64,000 nt of DNA from an uncultured Alphaproteobacteria bacterium. Its GTDB lineage: Bacteria; Pseudomonadota; Alphaproteobacteria; Rhizobiales; Xanthobacteraceae. The notes below the pieces were generated by a model. It ran no database searches. It saw nothing but the letters and a program-made list of their open reading frames with translations, and had not been told where the DNA came from. A program made the position numbers and the translations under genes. Position 1 is the first letter of the stretch; each line of letters starts with the position of its first letter. The stretch is taken from contig CAVVCW010000015.1 in the NCBI GenBank assembly GCA_963746715.1, forward strand, positions 852,429 through 916,428, given 5' to 3'. Below are positions 31,228 to 40,474 of this stretch, piece by piece.

Positions 31228-31302
31228 TGCAAGGCTACCGACTGCAAGGCTACCGACTGCAAGGCTACCGACTGCAACGCTACCGCCTGCAAGGCTACCG
31301 GC
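31228..31302. repeat. Five tandem 15-bp units (TGCAAGGCTACCGAC)
   Basis: Three perfect copies (31228, 31243, 31258) are followed by two variants (31273, 31288). The last unit runs into the palindrome GCTACCGGCGGTAGC. The array lies between the stop of the ICL-family gene and the start of the protease gene. Confidence 0.9.
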
Positions 31303-31319
31303 GGTAGCAGCGGAGCCGG

Positions 31320-32195
31320 TCAACCGCCCGAGATGCCCGCGTTCAAAAACTCTTTCGACCATTTCGCATAATCGGCCTGTCGAGTGACTTGCTTCATCAA
31401 GTCCGCCGACGCAACGGCCTTGATATCGGCCGGCGCCGTGCCGGCGCGCAGCGCCTTCAAAGTTTCGTGCACCGCATTCACCGCCGCCATGAACGGCATG
31501 TGGCCCTGCAAACAGACGCGGACATTGCGGGCGCTCAGATAATCGAGATCGTAGAGTTCGGCGCCAGCGCTGCCCAGAAACAGCGGAAGTTTGACGGCTG
31601 AAGCGACGGCGTCAAGCTGGGCGCGGGTCTTCACGCCGGTCATGAACAACATATCGATGCCGGCGTCTTCGTAAGCCTTCAATCGCGCGATCGTGTCTTC
31701 AACGCCGGTCATTGCCATGGCGCTGGTGCGACCGATGATGAGAAGGCGCTTGTCCTGCCGTCCGGCGAGCGCCGCTTTCATCTTGCCGACGCCCTCCGCG
31801 ATCGGAATGAGCGTGGCGCCGGTCGCGCCGTAATTTGTCGGCAATGACGTGTCCTCGATCGTCAGTCCGGAGACGCCCGCGGTCTCGAGCTCTTCCACGG
31901 TGCGTTTGACGTTGAGCGCATTGCCGTAGCCGTGATCGGCGTCGACAAAGAGCGGCAGCTTGCCGGCGCGGTTGATGCGATAGGCCTGCTGGGCGAACTC
32001 GGTGAGCGTCAGCATCACGATGTCAGGCGCGCCAAGCACGGCGAACGACGCGATTGAGCCGGCGAACATGCCCGCCTCGAAACCCAAATCCTCGGCAATG
32101 CGCGCGGAGATCGCGTCGAAGACGGAGCCCGGATAAATACAGCGCGGTCCGGCGATGATTGCGCGCAGCCGTTCGCGTCGGTCGGTCCAGTCCAT
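31320..32195 (-). CDS. Isocitrate lyase/PEP mutase family protein (oxaloacetate decarboxylase-like)
   Basis: PGSVFDAISARIAE ... LFVDADHGYGNALNV ... GLTIEDT motifs of the ICL/PEPM superfamily. Confidence 0.8.
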   Translation of the reverse strand: MDWTDRRERLRAIIAGPRCIYPGSVFDAISARIAEDLGFEAGMFAGSIASFAVLGAPDIVMLTLTEFAQQAYRINRAGKLPLFVDADHGYGNALNVKRTVEELETAGVSGLTIEDTSLPTNYGATGATLIPIAEGVGKMKAALAGRQDKRLLIIGRTSAMAMTGVEDTIARLKAYEDAGIDMLFMTGVKTRAQLDAVASAVKLPLFLGSAGAELYDLDYLSARNVRVCLQGHMPFMAAVNAVHETLKALRAGTAPADIKAVASADLMKQVTRQADYAKWSKEFLNAGISGG

Positions 32196-32281
32196 GGTCG
32201 TGGCCCTCTACCCTTGATCTTTACTGATGGGATTTTAGCGGTGCGGGCGCGGAAGCTGCCGCACTTTCGTGACCGGATATC

Positions 32282-32743
32282 TTACTTGATACCTTGCTTG
32301 CCTTGCGCCGCCGCTTGTTTCTGCAAATCGTCGAGCCGCTTTTGCAGATCGGGCAGGCTTGTCACCAGCGCGCAATTATCTTTGTCGTCGGTCGCCTGCT
32401 TTTTCACCTGTTCCCATTTGGCGATGGCGTCCTCTTCGTTCCATGGCCGCTTGGTCTCGGGATTGAAAACTCCTTGCCGGGCGAGGCTCTCCAGCGAGTG
32501 GTGATACTCTTCGAGATTGAGAATGCGGTCGCGCTGGCGGAAATAAAAATTGGTGCCGTCGAGCTCTTTGCAATGAGCCAATCCGCCGGCAAAAGTTTGC
32601 TGTGCCATTTTCGCATCAAAGATCTTGCCCTTGAGGGCGTCGATCTCGGCGGTCTGTGCGCGAGCTGTGCCGGCAAATACCAAGCCGAGTGCAAGCAGGA
32701 ATCCCGGATGCACGGCCATGAGCCGCAAGCCGATCCGCGTCAT
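32282..32743 (-). CDS. Secreted hypothetical protein
   Basis: Internal ATG at 32743 gives a signal peptide (MTRIGLRLMAVHPGFLLALGLVFAGTARA). The remainder is charged and helical. No family recognised. Confidence 0.55.
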   Translation of the reverse strand: MTRIGLRLMAVHPGFLLALGLVFAGTARAQTAEIDALKGKIFDAKMAQQTFAGGLAHCKELDGTNFYFRQRDRILNLEEYHHSLESLARQGVFNPETKRPWNEEDAIAKWEQVKKQATDDKDNCALVTSLPDLQKRLDDLQKQAAAQGKQGIK

Positions 32744-32995
32744 GGACTTGTCCCCATAAACAGCGACTGCGGCCGATGTCCCCACATCGGCTGCCGACGC
32801 CGATTTTCCCCGGACGTCGCCGCAATAACACATTCCGGGCGGAGGAGTTAGTTCCATCCGGGACTAAAAGGTTACGAATTGTTCACCACTCACGGTGATG
32901 TGGCCAGATCGACACCGAAAGTGCCGCTTGGTGCCTTCTTCCCGCCCCATGTGACCTGCAAAATTTTAAGCGAAATAGGGTGTTGGGGGATCGTC

Positions 32996-33877
32996 TTGGC
33001 CATCAATCTGCGCGTTATCGTTGCTGCGTGCGCTGTCGTGGCCGCTTGTGGCGGTTCGATTGGCACGGCCGCGGCGCAATATTATCCGCCGCAGCCCGGC
33101 GACTATCAGCCGCCTTATGCCGACCGGCCGCTCTATCGCGATGCCAATGGCGCCCCCTTGGCGGAGGACGCTTACGGGCGTCTCTATGCGCCGCAGCCGC
33201 TGCCGTCCGATGAGGGCCAAGCCTATCCGCGGCCGCCGGGCGATGTTGCGGGCGGCAATGCGGCTGACGTGACCGGTTCGATCCGCGGCGCGTCCGCCCC
33301 GCTACCGCAGGCGCAGCCGAACCGTGGCACCGTGGTCGCTTCGCTGCCGCCGGAAGATCAGCCCGATCAAGGTCCTTCGAACCTGCCGGCGCAGTTCCGC
33401 CGCCAGGTCGTCGACTACAATACGATCGAGCCCGCCGGCACCATCATCATCGATACACCGCATACCTACCTTTATCTCGTGCAAGGCGGCGGCAAGGCGT
33501 TGCGCTACGGCATCGGCGTCGGCCGCGAAGGCTTCACCTGGACCGGCACCGAGCGCATCAGCCGCATGAAGGAATGGCCGGATTGGTTCCCGCCGAAAGA
33601 AATGATCGAGCGCCAGCCTTATCTGCCGCGCTTCATGGCCGGCGGCGACACCAATCCGCTCGGCGCCCGCGCCATGTATCTCGGCAATACGCTCTATCGG
33701 ATTCACGGCACCAATCAGCCGTCGACCATCGGCACGTTCGTGTCGTCGGGCTGCATCCGCCTGACCAACGACGACGTCTCCGACCTCTACAGCCGGGTCA
33801 ATGTCGGCACCCGCGTCGTGGTTATGCCGGGCGCGCAGGCGAGCGCCGCCCCGCCGCAGACCGAAGTCGCGCGATAA
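32996..33877 (+). CDS. L,D-transpeptidase (YkuD domain), Pro-rich N-terminal region
   Basis: C-terminal YkuD motif YRIHGTNQPSTIGTFVSSGCIRLTNDDV. Start uncertain: TTG 32996 with a GGGGGA SD gives a signal peptide, while the ORF track starts at TTG 32879. Confidence 0.8.
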   Translation: MAINLRVIVAACAVVAACGGSIGTAAAQYYPPQPGDYQPPYADRPLYRDANGAPLAEDAYGRLYAPQPLPSDEGQAYPRPPGDVAGGNAADVTGSIRGASAPLPQAQPNRGTVVASLPPEDQPDQGPSNLPAQFRRQVVDYNTIEPAGTIIIDTPHTYLYLVQGGGKALRYGIGVGREGFTWTGTERISRMKEWPDWFPPKEMIERQPYLPRFMAGGDTNPLGARAMYLGNTLYRIHGTNQPSTIGTFVSSGCIRLTNDDVSDLYSRVNVGTRVVVMPGAQASAAPPQTEVAR

Positions 33878-34013
33878 AGGCCGGACGCTAAACAGGCGTC
33901 AGCACGGCGCGCATCGGTCACTGATGCGCGATTGCCACAAAGTCGCACATTTTCCGCCGCAGCATTGCCGCGCAAATCATTTTTCCGATTGATTTTTCAG
34001 CAACTCAGCTAAG

Positions 34014-34044
34014 TTCCCAGTGTCGAAATATATGACACTGGGAA
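34014..34044. promoter_or_regulatory. Perfect 11-bp inverted repeat TTCCCAGTGTC-N9-GACACTGGGAA
   Basis: Read directly from the sequence. The spacer GAAATATAT is AT-rich. It lies about 160 nt upstream of the 34205 gene in a 327-bp AT-richer intergenic region. Confidence 0.5.
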
Positions 34045-34204
34045 GGCGTGCTGTTGTCGGCTTGAACGGCGAATGCTGGCGCAGCGCCGCATAATCCGAA
34101 AGTGATCGTATAATTCGATCTAGAAAATTGTCCTCGCGAAGGTCTCTCGCCCCTGTGACGCGTGTTTCTCCCGGGATCGCGCGCTGGGCTTTTTGCGAGG
34201 TGGA

Positions 34205-35161
34205 ATGTTTCCCAACGTCCGCTTGATGATCGTGGCGATATCGGCCTCGATGCTGGCAATCGTCTGCGCCATGTCGCTTTTCCTGGGAATGTTCGCCGCC
34301 TTCAGCGTCGCTCATGAGCCGTTCGCGACGCTGCAGTCCACGAAACCGCCGCTGCAGATCGCCTTTGGCGGCGACTCCTTGGCGCCGGTCGTCGACGGCC
34401 GGACGTCGCCGTTCGGCATACGCTTTCAGTTGAATGCGCCGCAGGCGCCGAACGGGCCGGTGATCGTCGCGGTGCCAGCGGACCTCGACCACGCGGCGCC
34501 GGCTGAGACCAGTGCTGAAGCTCCGTCTAATCCTGCGGCCAACGCGCAGGCCAATTCACAATCCAGTTCGCAACCGAGGTCGCAATCGATGGCCGCGACG
34601 CCGGAGGATGATGCGACAATTCAAGCATCGCTGCGCGATGCGCCGGCGGCGGCTCCTGCCGAAGCCGCATCGGCCAAATCCGATGCAGCGAGCAAAGACG
34701 ACAGCACAGCCACTGTCACGGCGCCGGCAGCGCCGCCGATATTCGAGTCACCGGCCGTTGCCGGCGTGCCGCATCATATTGCGCCGGAGATCAAGATCGT
34801 GGCGCGGGAGGCCGATAATCCCGCGAGCGTCGCCACCTCGCCGGCGCCGACGCTGGCCCGCAAAGTCACCAAGCGCCGCAGGCTTGCCGTGCATCTGCAT
34901 CAATCGCATCATTTCCGCAGGCCGCGCATTTATCCGATCGCAACCAATCCGGCGTCCGGATACGTGCAGCCGAACGCTTATATTCAGCCCGGCGTCGTCG
35001 GACAGATCGGTGTGACCGGCTATTCGCAGCCAAGCGCCAATGCGCCGCCCGGCGGGTTCATCCAGCAGGGCTTCCAGTTCACGCCGACGGCGATTAAGCC
35101 CAGGACCGTGAGGTTGCGTCATGCGGCCGGAAATCCTGCAAAAAATTCCGCCAGCCCGTAA
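34205..35161 (+). CDS. Membrane-anchored Ala/Pro/Ser-rich hypothetical protein
   Basis: ATG 34205 follows a GAGGTGG SD. N-terminal TM helix (MFPNVRLMIVAISASMLAIVCAMSLFLGMFAAF) followed by a low-complexity region. Confidence 0.6.
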   Translation: MFPNVRLMIVAISASMLAIVCAMSLFLGMFAAFSVAHEPFATLQSTKPPLQIAFGGDSLAPVVDGRTSPFGIRFQLNAPQAPNGPVIVAVPADLDHAAPAETSAEAPSNPAANAQANSQSSSQPRSQSMAATPEDDATIQASLRDAPAAAPAEAASAKSDAASKDDSTATVTAPAAPPIFESPAVAGVPHHIAPEIKIVAREADNPASVATSPAPTLARKVTKRRRLAVHLHQSHHFRRPRIYPIATNPASGYVQPNAYIQPGVVGQIGVTGYSQPSANAPPGGFIQQGFQFTPTAIKPRTVRLRHAAGNPAKNSASP

Positions 35162-35246
35162 TCTGGCGCAGTGACGGCCGAAGGCCCATCTAATGGCCTC
35201 GAAAGTGGCTTTGAGCCGTCCAAATAATCTCATTTCAGGGTCCTGC

Positions 35247-36257
35247 GTGATCCCGCTCTCCATCCTCGATCTGTCGCCGGTGACCACCGCCACTCCGGGC
35301 TCGGTCGCTTTGCGCAATACGCTCGATCTGGCGCAACTCGCCGACCGGCTCGGCTACAAGCGCTACTGGGTCGCCGAGCATCACAACCTTGCCAATGTCG
35401 GCAGTTCAGCGCCGGAAATCATGATCGGGCAGATCGCGGCGGTGACATCGCATATGCGCGTCGGTTCGGGCGGCGTGATGCTGCCGAACCATGCGCCGCT
35501 GATGGTGGCGGAACAATTCAAGGTGCTCGAGGCGCTGTTTCCGGGCCGCATCGATCTCGGGCTCGGCCGCGCGCCGGGCACCGATCAGGTCACGTCCTAT
35601 GCGCTGCGCGTCCGGCAGGATCCGCGGCAGGGCGACGATTTTCTCGAACGCTTTCAGGAATTGTTGCTGCTCGAACAAAACGGCTATCCGGAAGGGCATC
35701 CATTCCGCAAAGTGCGCGCGGTGCCGTCCGACGTGCCGCTGCCGCCGATCTGGCTTCTCGGCTCGAGCGGCTATAGCGCCGAGCTCGCCGCTTCGCTCGG
35801 TTTGGGCTTCGCCTTCGCGCATCATTTCGCCGATTACGATGCGGCAAGCGCGATGTTGACCTACCGTGATCACTTCAAGCCCGCGGCGTTGCCTGCGCCT
35901 TACGCGATATTGGGGACCGCGGTGATCGCGGCGGAGACGGACGCGCAAGCCGAACGGATCGCCGCGAGCGCCGATCTGCATTACGCTCGCCGCGCGCAAG
36001 GCGAATATCTGCCGCTTGCGTCACCGGAAGAGGCCGCCGCTTATCCTTACACGCCGATCGATCGTGAACGAATCGGCCGCCAGCGCACGCGGCTCGTGGT
36101 CGGCGGCATCGCGCGGGTGAAGGAGCGGCTCCTTGCGCTCGTGGAGGCGACGCGCGCCGACGAGATCATGATCACATCGATGATCTACGATCACGGCGCG
36201 CGCCGGCACTCTTATGAGCTTTTGGCCGAAGCCTTTGCGCTGGAGCCGCCGGCCTGA
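35247..36257 (+). CDS. LLM-class flavin-dependent oxidoreductase (luciferase-like)
   Basis: LSILDLSP ... GYKRYWVAEHHN ... RVGSGGVMLPNH ... GRIDLGLGRAPG is typical of the YhbW-like LLM family. GTG 35247 is preferred over 35193. Confidence 0.85.
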   Translation: MIPLSILDLSPVTTATPGSVALRNTLDLAQLADRLGYKRYWVAEHHNLANVGSSAPEIMIGQIAAVTSHMRVGSGGVMLPNHAPLMVAEQFKVLEALFPGRIDLGLGRAPGTDQVTSYALRVRQDPRQGDDFLERFQELLLLEQNGYPEGHPFRKVRAVPSDVPLPPIWLLGSSGYSAELAASLGLGFAFAHHFADYDAASAMLTYRDHFKPAALPAPYAILGTAVIAAETDAQAERIAASADLHYARRAQGEYLPLASPEEAAAYPYTPIDRERIGRQRTRLVVGGIARVKERLLALVEATRADEIMITSMIYDHGARRHSYELLAEAFALEPPA

Positions 36258-36523
36258 GCCGGACGTCAGATCAAAAGACACGGAACCGGCCCGTGTTGCC
36301 GCATTTGGCCAAAAGCGGCCCTTGGCCAAAGGCCATGCGTCACGAAACATGCATATAGCGGCCCGGTGTTCCTGGAACCGGTCCGGGAACCGTGGCGTGC
36401 ACGCCTCATTAACGTAAAAACTCCTTCAACCATTCCGCGGTATGTAGAAAGGGCCGATCGCGTCGGGTAAAATCGGCGGTTGCGGCCTATATCCCAATCT
36501 CCCGGTGGTTTTCCGGCATTCAT

Positions 36524-38068
36524 GTGGGGGCTGAGTTGAGTACCAAGTACACGCTGCATCATTGCGTAGCTTCATCCCTTGGTGACACGAGCCTTGGAAA
36601 CACTAAGGCAACGCTGCTCGGCACGGTCTCGGTTTTCGGTATCGTTATGACGCTGGCTTTCGCGCTCGGGGTCGCGCCGGCGGAAGCCCGGACCAAGAAC
36701 AAGGCCCTGCACAAGGAGGCCGACCGCACCGGCAGCGAGCCGTTCGGCCAGACCTCGAAGGGTCCGGTGCAGATCTTCGTGTCCATCGACCAGCAGAAGC
36801 TGCACGTCTATAGCGACGGCGCCCATGTCGCCGACACTTCGGTCGCCACCGGCGTGCCGCGCCTGCCGACGCCGACCGGCGTGTTCAGCGTTATCCAGAA
36901 GCAGGTATTCCACCGCTCGAATCTCTATAGCGACGCGCCGATGCCGTTCATGCAGCGCATCACCTGGTCCGGCGTCGCGTTGCACGAAGGCGAGAATATC
37001 GGCCACCCCGCCTCGCACGGCTGCATCCGCATGCCGGGCGAATTCGCCGCGCGGCTCTACAAGTTCACCAAGGTCGGCGCGCGGGTGATCGTCGCGCGCG
37101 GCGAACTCAAGCCCGTCGATTTCGCCGACCCGCATCTGTTCGTGCACAGGGACATGCAGGCCGCGGCGGCTGCCCCCGCTGTGAAAACGGCCCAGACCGT
37201 CGACAGCAATAAAGCCAGCGATGCCAACGCCGATGCCGCTACTCCGGCGAAGGTAACCGAAACTCCGGCGAAGGTAACCGAAACTCCGGCGAAGGTATCC
37301 GATTTGGGTCTGCGCGGCACCGGCGGCAATATTGTTCTCGCTTCGGACGATGCCAAGGATGATGCGAAGGCCGGCGTCGCCACTGACGCGACAAAGCCGG
37401 CTGTTGCTACCGACACGGCGAAGCCCGATGCACCAAGCGCGGAGGTACCTAAAGCTGACGCGACGAAGATCGATACGCCCGCCGTCACCGGCAGCACGCC
37501 GGCCGCGCCCGTGATCGCGGCTCCCGAAACGCCGGCGCCGTCCGCGCCCGATACCGCCAAAGCCGCGCCGATCAAAAAGTCGCCGATCGCGATCTTTGTC
37601 AGCCGGAAAGAGAAGAAGATTTTCGTGCGGCAGGATTTCGAGCCGGTCTTCGAAGAGGCCATCACCATCGCGCAGCCCGAGCAGCCGATGGGCACGCATG
37701 TCTTCACGGCGATGGAATATCTCGCCGATAACTCAACGTTCCGCTGGAACGTGGTGTCGATGCCGGCCGAGACCGCCAAGGCGGCGGTCAAGGCTCCGCG
37801 CATCATGGCAGAAGAAATCGTCTACGACCGCTATGGCCGCCCCTATGAACGGCCGGTCAAACGCAAGCATCACGATGACGATCAGAAGGCCACCGACACG
37901 CCGCCGCCGCAAACGCCGGAACAGGTCTTGGCGCGTCTCGACCTGCCGCAGGATGCCGTCGATTTCATTTCCCAGCGCATGGTTCCGGGCTCGTCCCTGA
38001 TCGTCTCCGATCACGGGCTTGGCGACGAAACCGGCGAAGGCACCGACTTTATCGTCGTCACGCACTGA
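36524..38068 (+). CDS. L,D-transpeptidase family protein with long low-complexity linker and extra C-terminal domain
   Basis: YkuD motif GVALHEGENIGHPASHGCIRMP in the N-terminal third, then an Ala/Thr/Pro/Lys-rich linker and a second conserved-looking domain (IAIFVSRKEKKIFVRQDFEP ... LIVSDHGLG). The GTG start is uncertain. Confidence 0.75.
   Translation: MGAELSTKYTLHHCVASSLGDTSLGNTKATLLGTVSVFGIVMTLAFALGVAPAEARTKNKALHKEADRTGSEPFGQTSKGPVQIFVSIDQQKLHVYSDGAHVADTSVATGVPRLPTPTGVFSVIQKQVFHRSNLYSDAPMPFMQRITWSGVALHEGENIGHPASHGCIRMPGEFAARLYKFTKVGARVIVARGELKPVDFADPHLFVHRDMQAAAAAPAVKTAQTVDSNKASDANADAATPAKVTETPAKVTETPAKVSDLGLRGTGGNIVLASDDAKDDAKAGVATDATKPAVATDTAKPDAPSAEVPKADATKIDTPAVTGSTPAAPVIAAPETPAPSAPDTAKAAPIKKSPIAIFVSRKEKKIFVRQDFEPVFEEAITIAQPEQPMGTHVFTAMEYLADNSTFRWNVVSMPAETAKAAVKAPRIMAEEIVYDRYGRPYERPVKRKHHDDDQKATDTPPPQTPEQVLARLDLPQDAVDFISQRMVPGSSLIVSDHGLGDETGEGTDFIVVTH
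37241..37300 (+). repeat. 21-bp in-frame tandem repeat (ACTCCGGCGAAGGTAACCGAA x about 2.9), encoding TPAKVTE repeats
   Basis: Copies at 37241 and 37262, with a partial copy at 37283. It lies inside the linker of the L,D-transpeptidase gene. Confidence 0.9.
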
Positions 38069-38238
38069 GCAAGTTTCAGCCCACAATTTCAGTCCGCCTG
38101 GTGCGGACTGCGCGGCTTAAAACCACCCATTCAATCGACATGCGTACCGTTGTATGGTGCGCGCCGTTGCATGTTGGCGGCAGCGTCCGCGCGCCCGCAT
38201 GGATCAAGAGCAATTGATAGCAGTCACAGGAGGATCGC

Positions 38239-38913
38239 TTGGGTAAGCATTTTGCGTTGACGTCATCCGACAGTTTCAAATTCGGCGCCTATCGCGCCGA
38301 TCCGGCCGGCAAGGCCAAGGGCGGCATTGTCCTCCTTCAGGAGATTTTCGGCGTCAATCATCACATCCGTGCGGTCTGCGACCGGCTGGCCGGCGAAGGC
38401 TATGCGGCGCTGGCGCCGGCTTTGTTCGACCGCCAGCAGCCCAATTTCGAAAGCGGCTACACGCCCGACGAGATCGCCAATGCCCGTAAATTCGTCGCCA
38501 ATCCGGATTGGGGCGCGATGCTGCGCGACGTGCAGACCTCGATCGACGAGATGAAGAAACAAGGCCCGGTGGCCATCATGGGCTTCTGCATGGGCGGCAC
38601 CATTTCGTTTCTCGCCGCCTGCAAGTTGAGCGGCCTCTCTGCTGCGGTCTGCTATTACGGTGGCCAGATCGCCAAGAATGCCGACGAGAAGCCGAAGATA
38701 CCGGTGCAGATGCATTTCGGCGAGAAGGACGCCTCGATCCCGATGACCGATGTCGATCTGATCAAGGCCAAGCGCGGCGGCGATTGCGAAATCTATGTCT
38801 ATCCCGACGCGCAGCACGGCTTTCACTGCGACGAGCGCGGCAGCTACAACGCAGCCGCCGCCAAGCTCGCCTGGGAGCGCTCGATGGCGTTCCTGGCCAA
38901 GAACGTGAAGTAA
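38239..38913 (+). CDS. Dienelactone hydrolase family protein
   Basis: TTG start 5 nt after an AGGAGGA SD. GIVLLQEIFGVN ... MGFCMGG nucleophile elbow ... YPDAQHGF. Confidence 0.85.
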   Translation: MGKHFALTSSDSFKFGAYRADPAGKAKGGIVLLQEIFGVNHHIRAVCDRLAGEGYAALAPALFDRQQPNFESGYTPDEIANARKFVANPDWGAMLRDVQTSIDEMKKQGPVAIMGFCMGGTISFLAACKLSGLSAAVCYYGGQIAKNADEKPKIPVQMHFGEKDASIPMTDVDLIKAKRGGDCEIYVYPDAQHGFHCDERGSYNAAAAKLAWERSMAFLAKNVK

Positions 38914-38927
38914 AAGGGAAAGCCGCC

Positions 38928-38961
38928 GTCGGCCATCGGATTGTTTGTTCCGATGACCGGC
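38928..38961. terminator. Long imperfect hairpin between convergent genes (possible bidirectional terminator)
   Basis: GTCGGCCATCGGA-TTGTTTGT-TCCGATGACCGGC. There is no clear U-tract, so the functional call is tentative. Confidence 0.35.
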
Positions 38962-38968
38962 CTCCGAT

Positions 38969-39832
38969 TCAGAACCAGCGTTCCTGAACCTGCACGGTGT
39001 CGCCGGGGCAGATCGGGTAGGTGATCGGCACGTCGAAGCGATAAGTGCCGCCGGCGAAATTGCGGCTGATGGTCATCGTCCTGTGGTAGCCGCGCGGCGT
39101 GAAGCCGCCGGCGATCGCCACCGCGGTCTCCACCGTCATGTTGGCGACATAGGGATATTGTCCGGGCTGCGTCACCTCGCCGAGGATGAAGAACGGCCGG
39201 TAGGCTTCGACTTCGACCGCGACATGTGGTTCGCGGATGAAGCCTTGGCGCAACTGGTCGGAGATCCGCGCCGACAATTGACTGGTCGTCAGTCCGCGCG
39301 CGGCCACCGTGCCGATCAGCGGCATGTCGATATGGCCGGAGGCGTCGACCACATAGGAATTGGTCAGGCCGTCCTGGCCGAACACGACGACGCGCAGCCG
39401 GTCGCCGGAATCGAGCGTGTAGCCGCCTTGCTGGAACGGTGTGCTGAAACCGGGTGGTGCCATCGCGGGATTGATTACAGCGGGAGCAACGAACGGACCG
39501 GGGCCGGTCATGGCGGCCGGTATCGGTGCCGGCATTGGCGCCATCATGGGTGCTGCCATCGGTGGCGGCGCCATCATGGCGACACGGGTCGGCGGGATCG
39601 GCGTCGGCGCGGTGGCGTAGGCCGGCCCCGAGCCGAAGAACCCGCGATAGCCTAGCGCCATAGCGGCCGAGGGCGGCGGCGTTACGACGGGCGCTGCGGT
39701 TGCACCATAAATGACATTATCGACGCCTTGCGGGGCTGGCGCGGCGGCAAATGGGACACGCGGCTGGTACGCGCATCCGGCCGCGGCACAGGCCACGGCG
39801 CAAATCAGCAGAATGGTGCGGGTGACCCGCAT
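38969..39832 (-). CDS. Polysaccharide export protein (Wza/Poly_export + SLBB type lipoprotein)
   Basis: Lipobox LICAVACAAAGC. YTLDSGDRLRVVVFGQ ... PLIGTVAARGLT ... FFILGEV ... PGQYPY are Poly_export/SLBB motifs. Confidence 0.8.
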   Translation of the reverse strand: MRVTRTILLICAVACAAAGCAYQPRVPFAAAPAPQGVDNVIYGATAAPVVTPPPSAAMALGYRGFFGSGPAYATAPTPIPPTRVAMMAPPPMAAPMMAPMPAPIPAAMTGPGPFVAPAVINPAMAPPGFSTPFQQGGYTLDSGDRLRVVVFGQDGLTNSYVVDASGHIDMPLIGTVAARGLTTSQLSARISDQLRQGFIREPHVAVEVEAYRPFFILGEVTQPGQYPYVANMTVETAVAIAGGFTPRGYHRTMTISRNFAGGTYRFDVPITYPICPGDTVQVQERWF

Positions 39833-39943
39833 ACGCGCAATCCGACTCCGTGACCGAACCCAGGAGCCGATTAACGCCAGTTATGGTTAAGAATCCCTCA
39901 CCGGCTGGAACCCTGTTGTGGCGGCTAGCGCGCGGCGCGGGCG

Positions 39944-40474
39944 TTATTTGTGGCCGGTGTTATGAGGTTTGCGGTTGTCGCTCAGCCAGTCGGCGGCGGC
40001 GAGAATCAGCATGACGAGAGCGAAGACCAGCGGGAAGCCCATCACCCAGATGAGCTTCGACGTGTCGGGCTCTTTTTCGAGATCGAAATACCATGCCAGC
40101 GCGTCAACCGCGGCGATGCCGACGACCGAGCCGAGCAGCTTCTGCTTCAGCGCGCCGAAATCGACCTGGGTGAGCCCTTCGGGCCAGTCCGGATGGTCGG
40201 TCGCAACGATCCGGCGGATGAAGTTCTCGTAGCTCGAGAAAATGACGATGAGGATGAGATTGGCGGTCAGCGCCAGATCGACCAGATTCAGCACATTGGT
40301 GACGACATCGTGCCAGTTCGTCAGCGGTGTCTGAACGATCAGCAGGAACAAATCGCCGAAGAAACGGTACATCAGCACGAAGAGGCATAGGAGCAGACCG
40401 AGCAGAAACGGCGCCAGCAGCCAGCGGCTGAAGAAAATCGACGCCTGGATGTAGCGTCCGTCGGGCCAGCGCAT
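39944..40474 (-). CDS. UPF0114 (YqhA) family membrane protein
   Basis: Starts at MRWPDGRYIQASIFFSRWLLAPF (ATG 40474). The upstream part of the 305-aa track ORF overlaps the neighbouring gene's leader and looks non-coding. Confidence 0.8.
   Translation of the reverse strand: MRWPDGRYIQASIFFSRWLLAPFLLGLLLCLFVLMYRFFGDLFLLIVQTPLTNWHDVVTNVLNLVDLALTANLILIVIFSSYENFIRRIVATDHPDWPEGLTQVDFGALKQKLLGSVVGIAAVDALAWYFDLEKEPDTSKLIWVMGFPLVFALVMLILAAADWLSDNRKPHNTGHK

Noticed and set aside
31228-31302. Possibility that the tandem arrays (31228, 11563, 61189) are CRISPR arrays.
   Set aside because: The units are 15-16 bp and directly abutting, with no spacers. No cas genes are present in the window.
38108-38122. 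Exact 15-mer GCGCGGCTTAAAACC shared between 38108-38122 and about 44160-44174.
   Set aside because: For 64 kb on two strands, a few exact 15-mer coincidences are expected by chance, and more so with GC bias. The flanks do not align, and the second copy is simply the uvrB C-terminal coding sequence.
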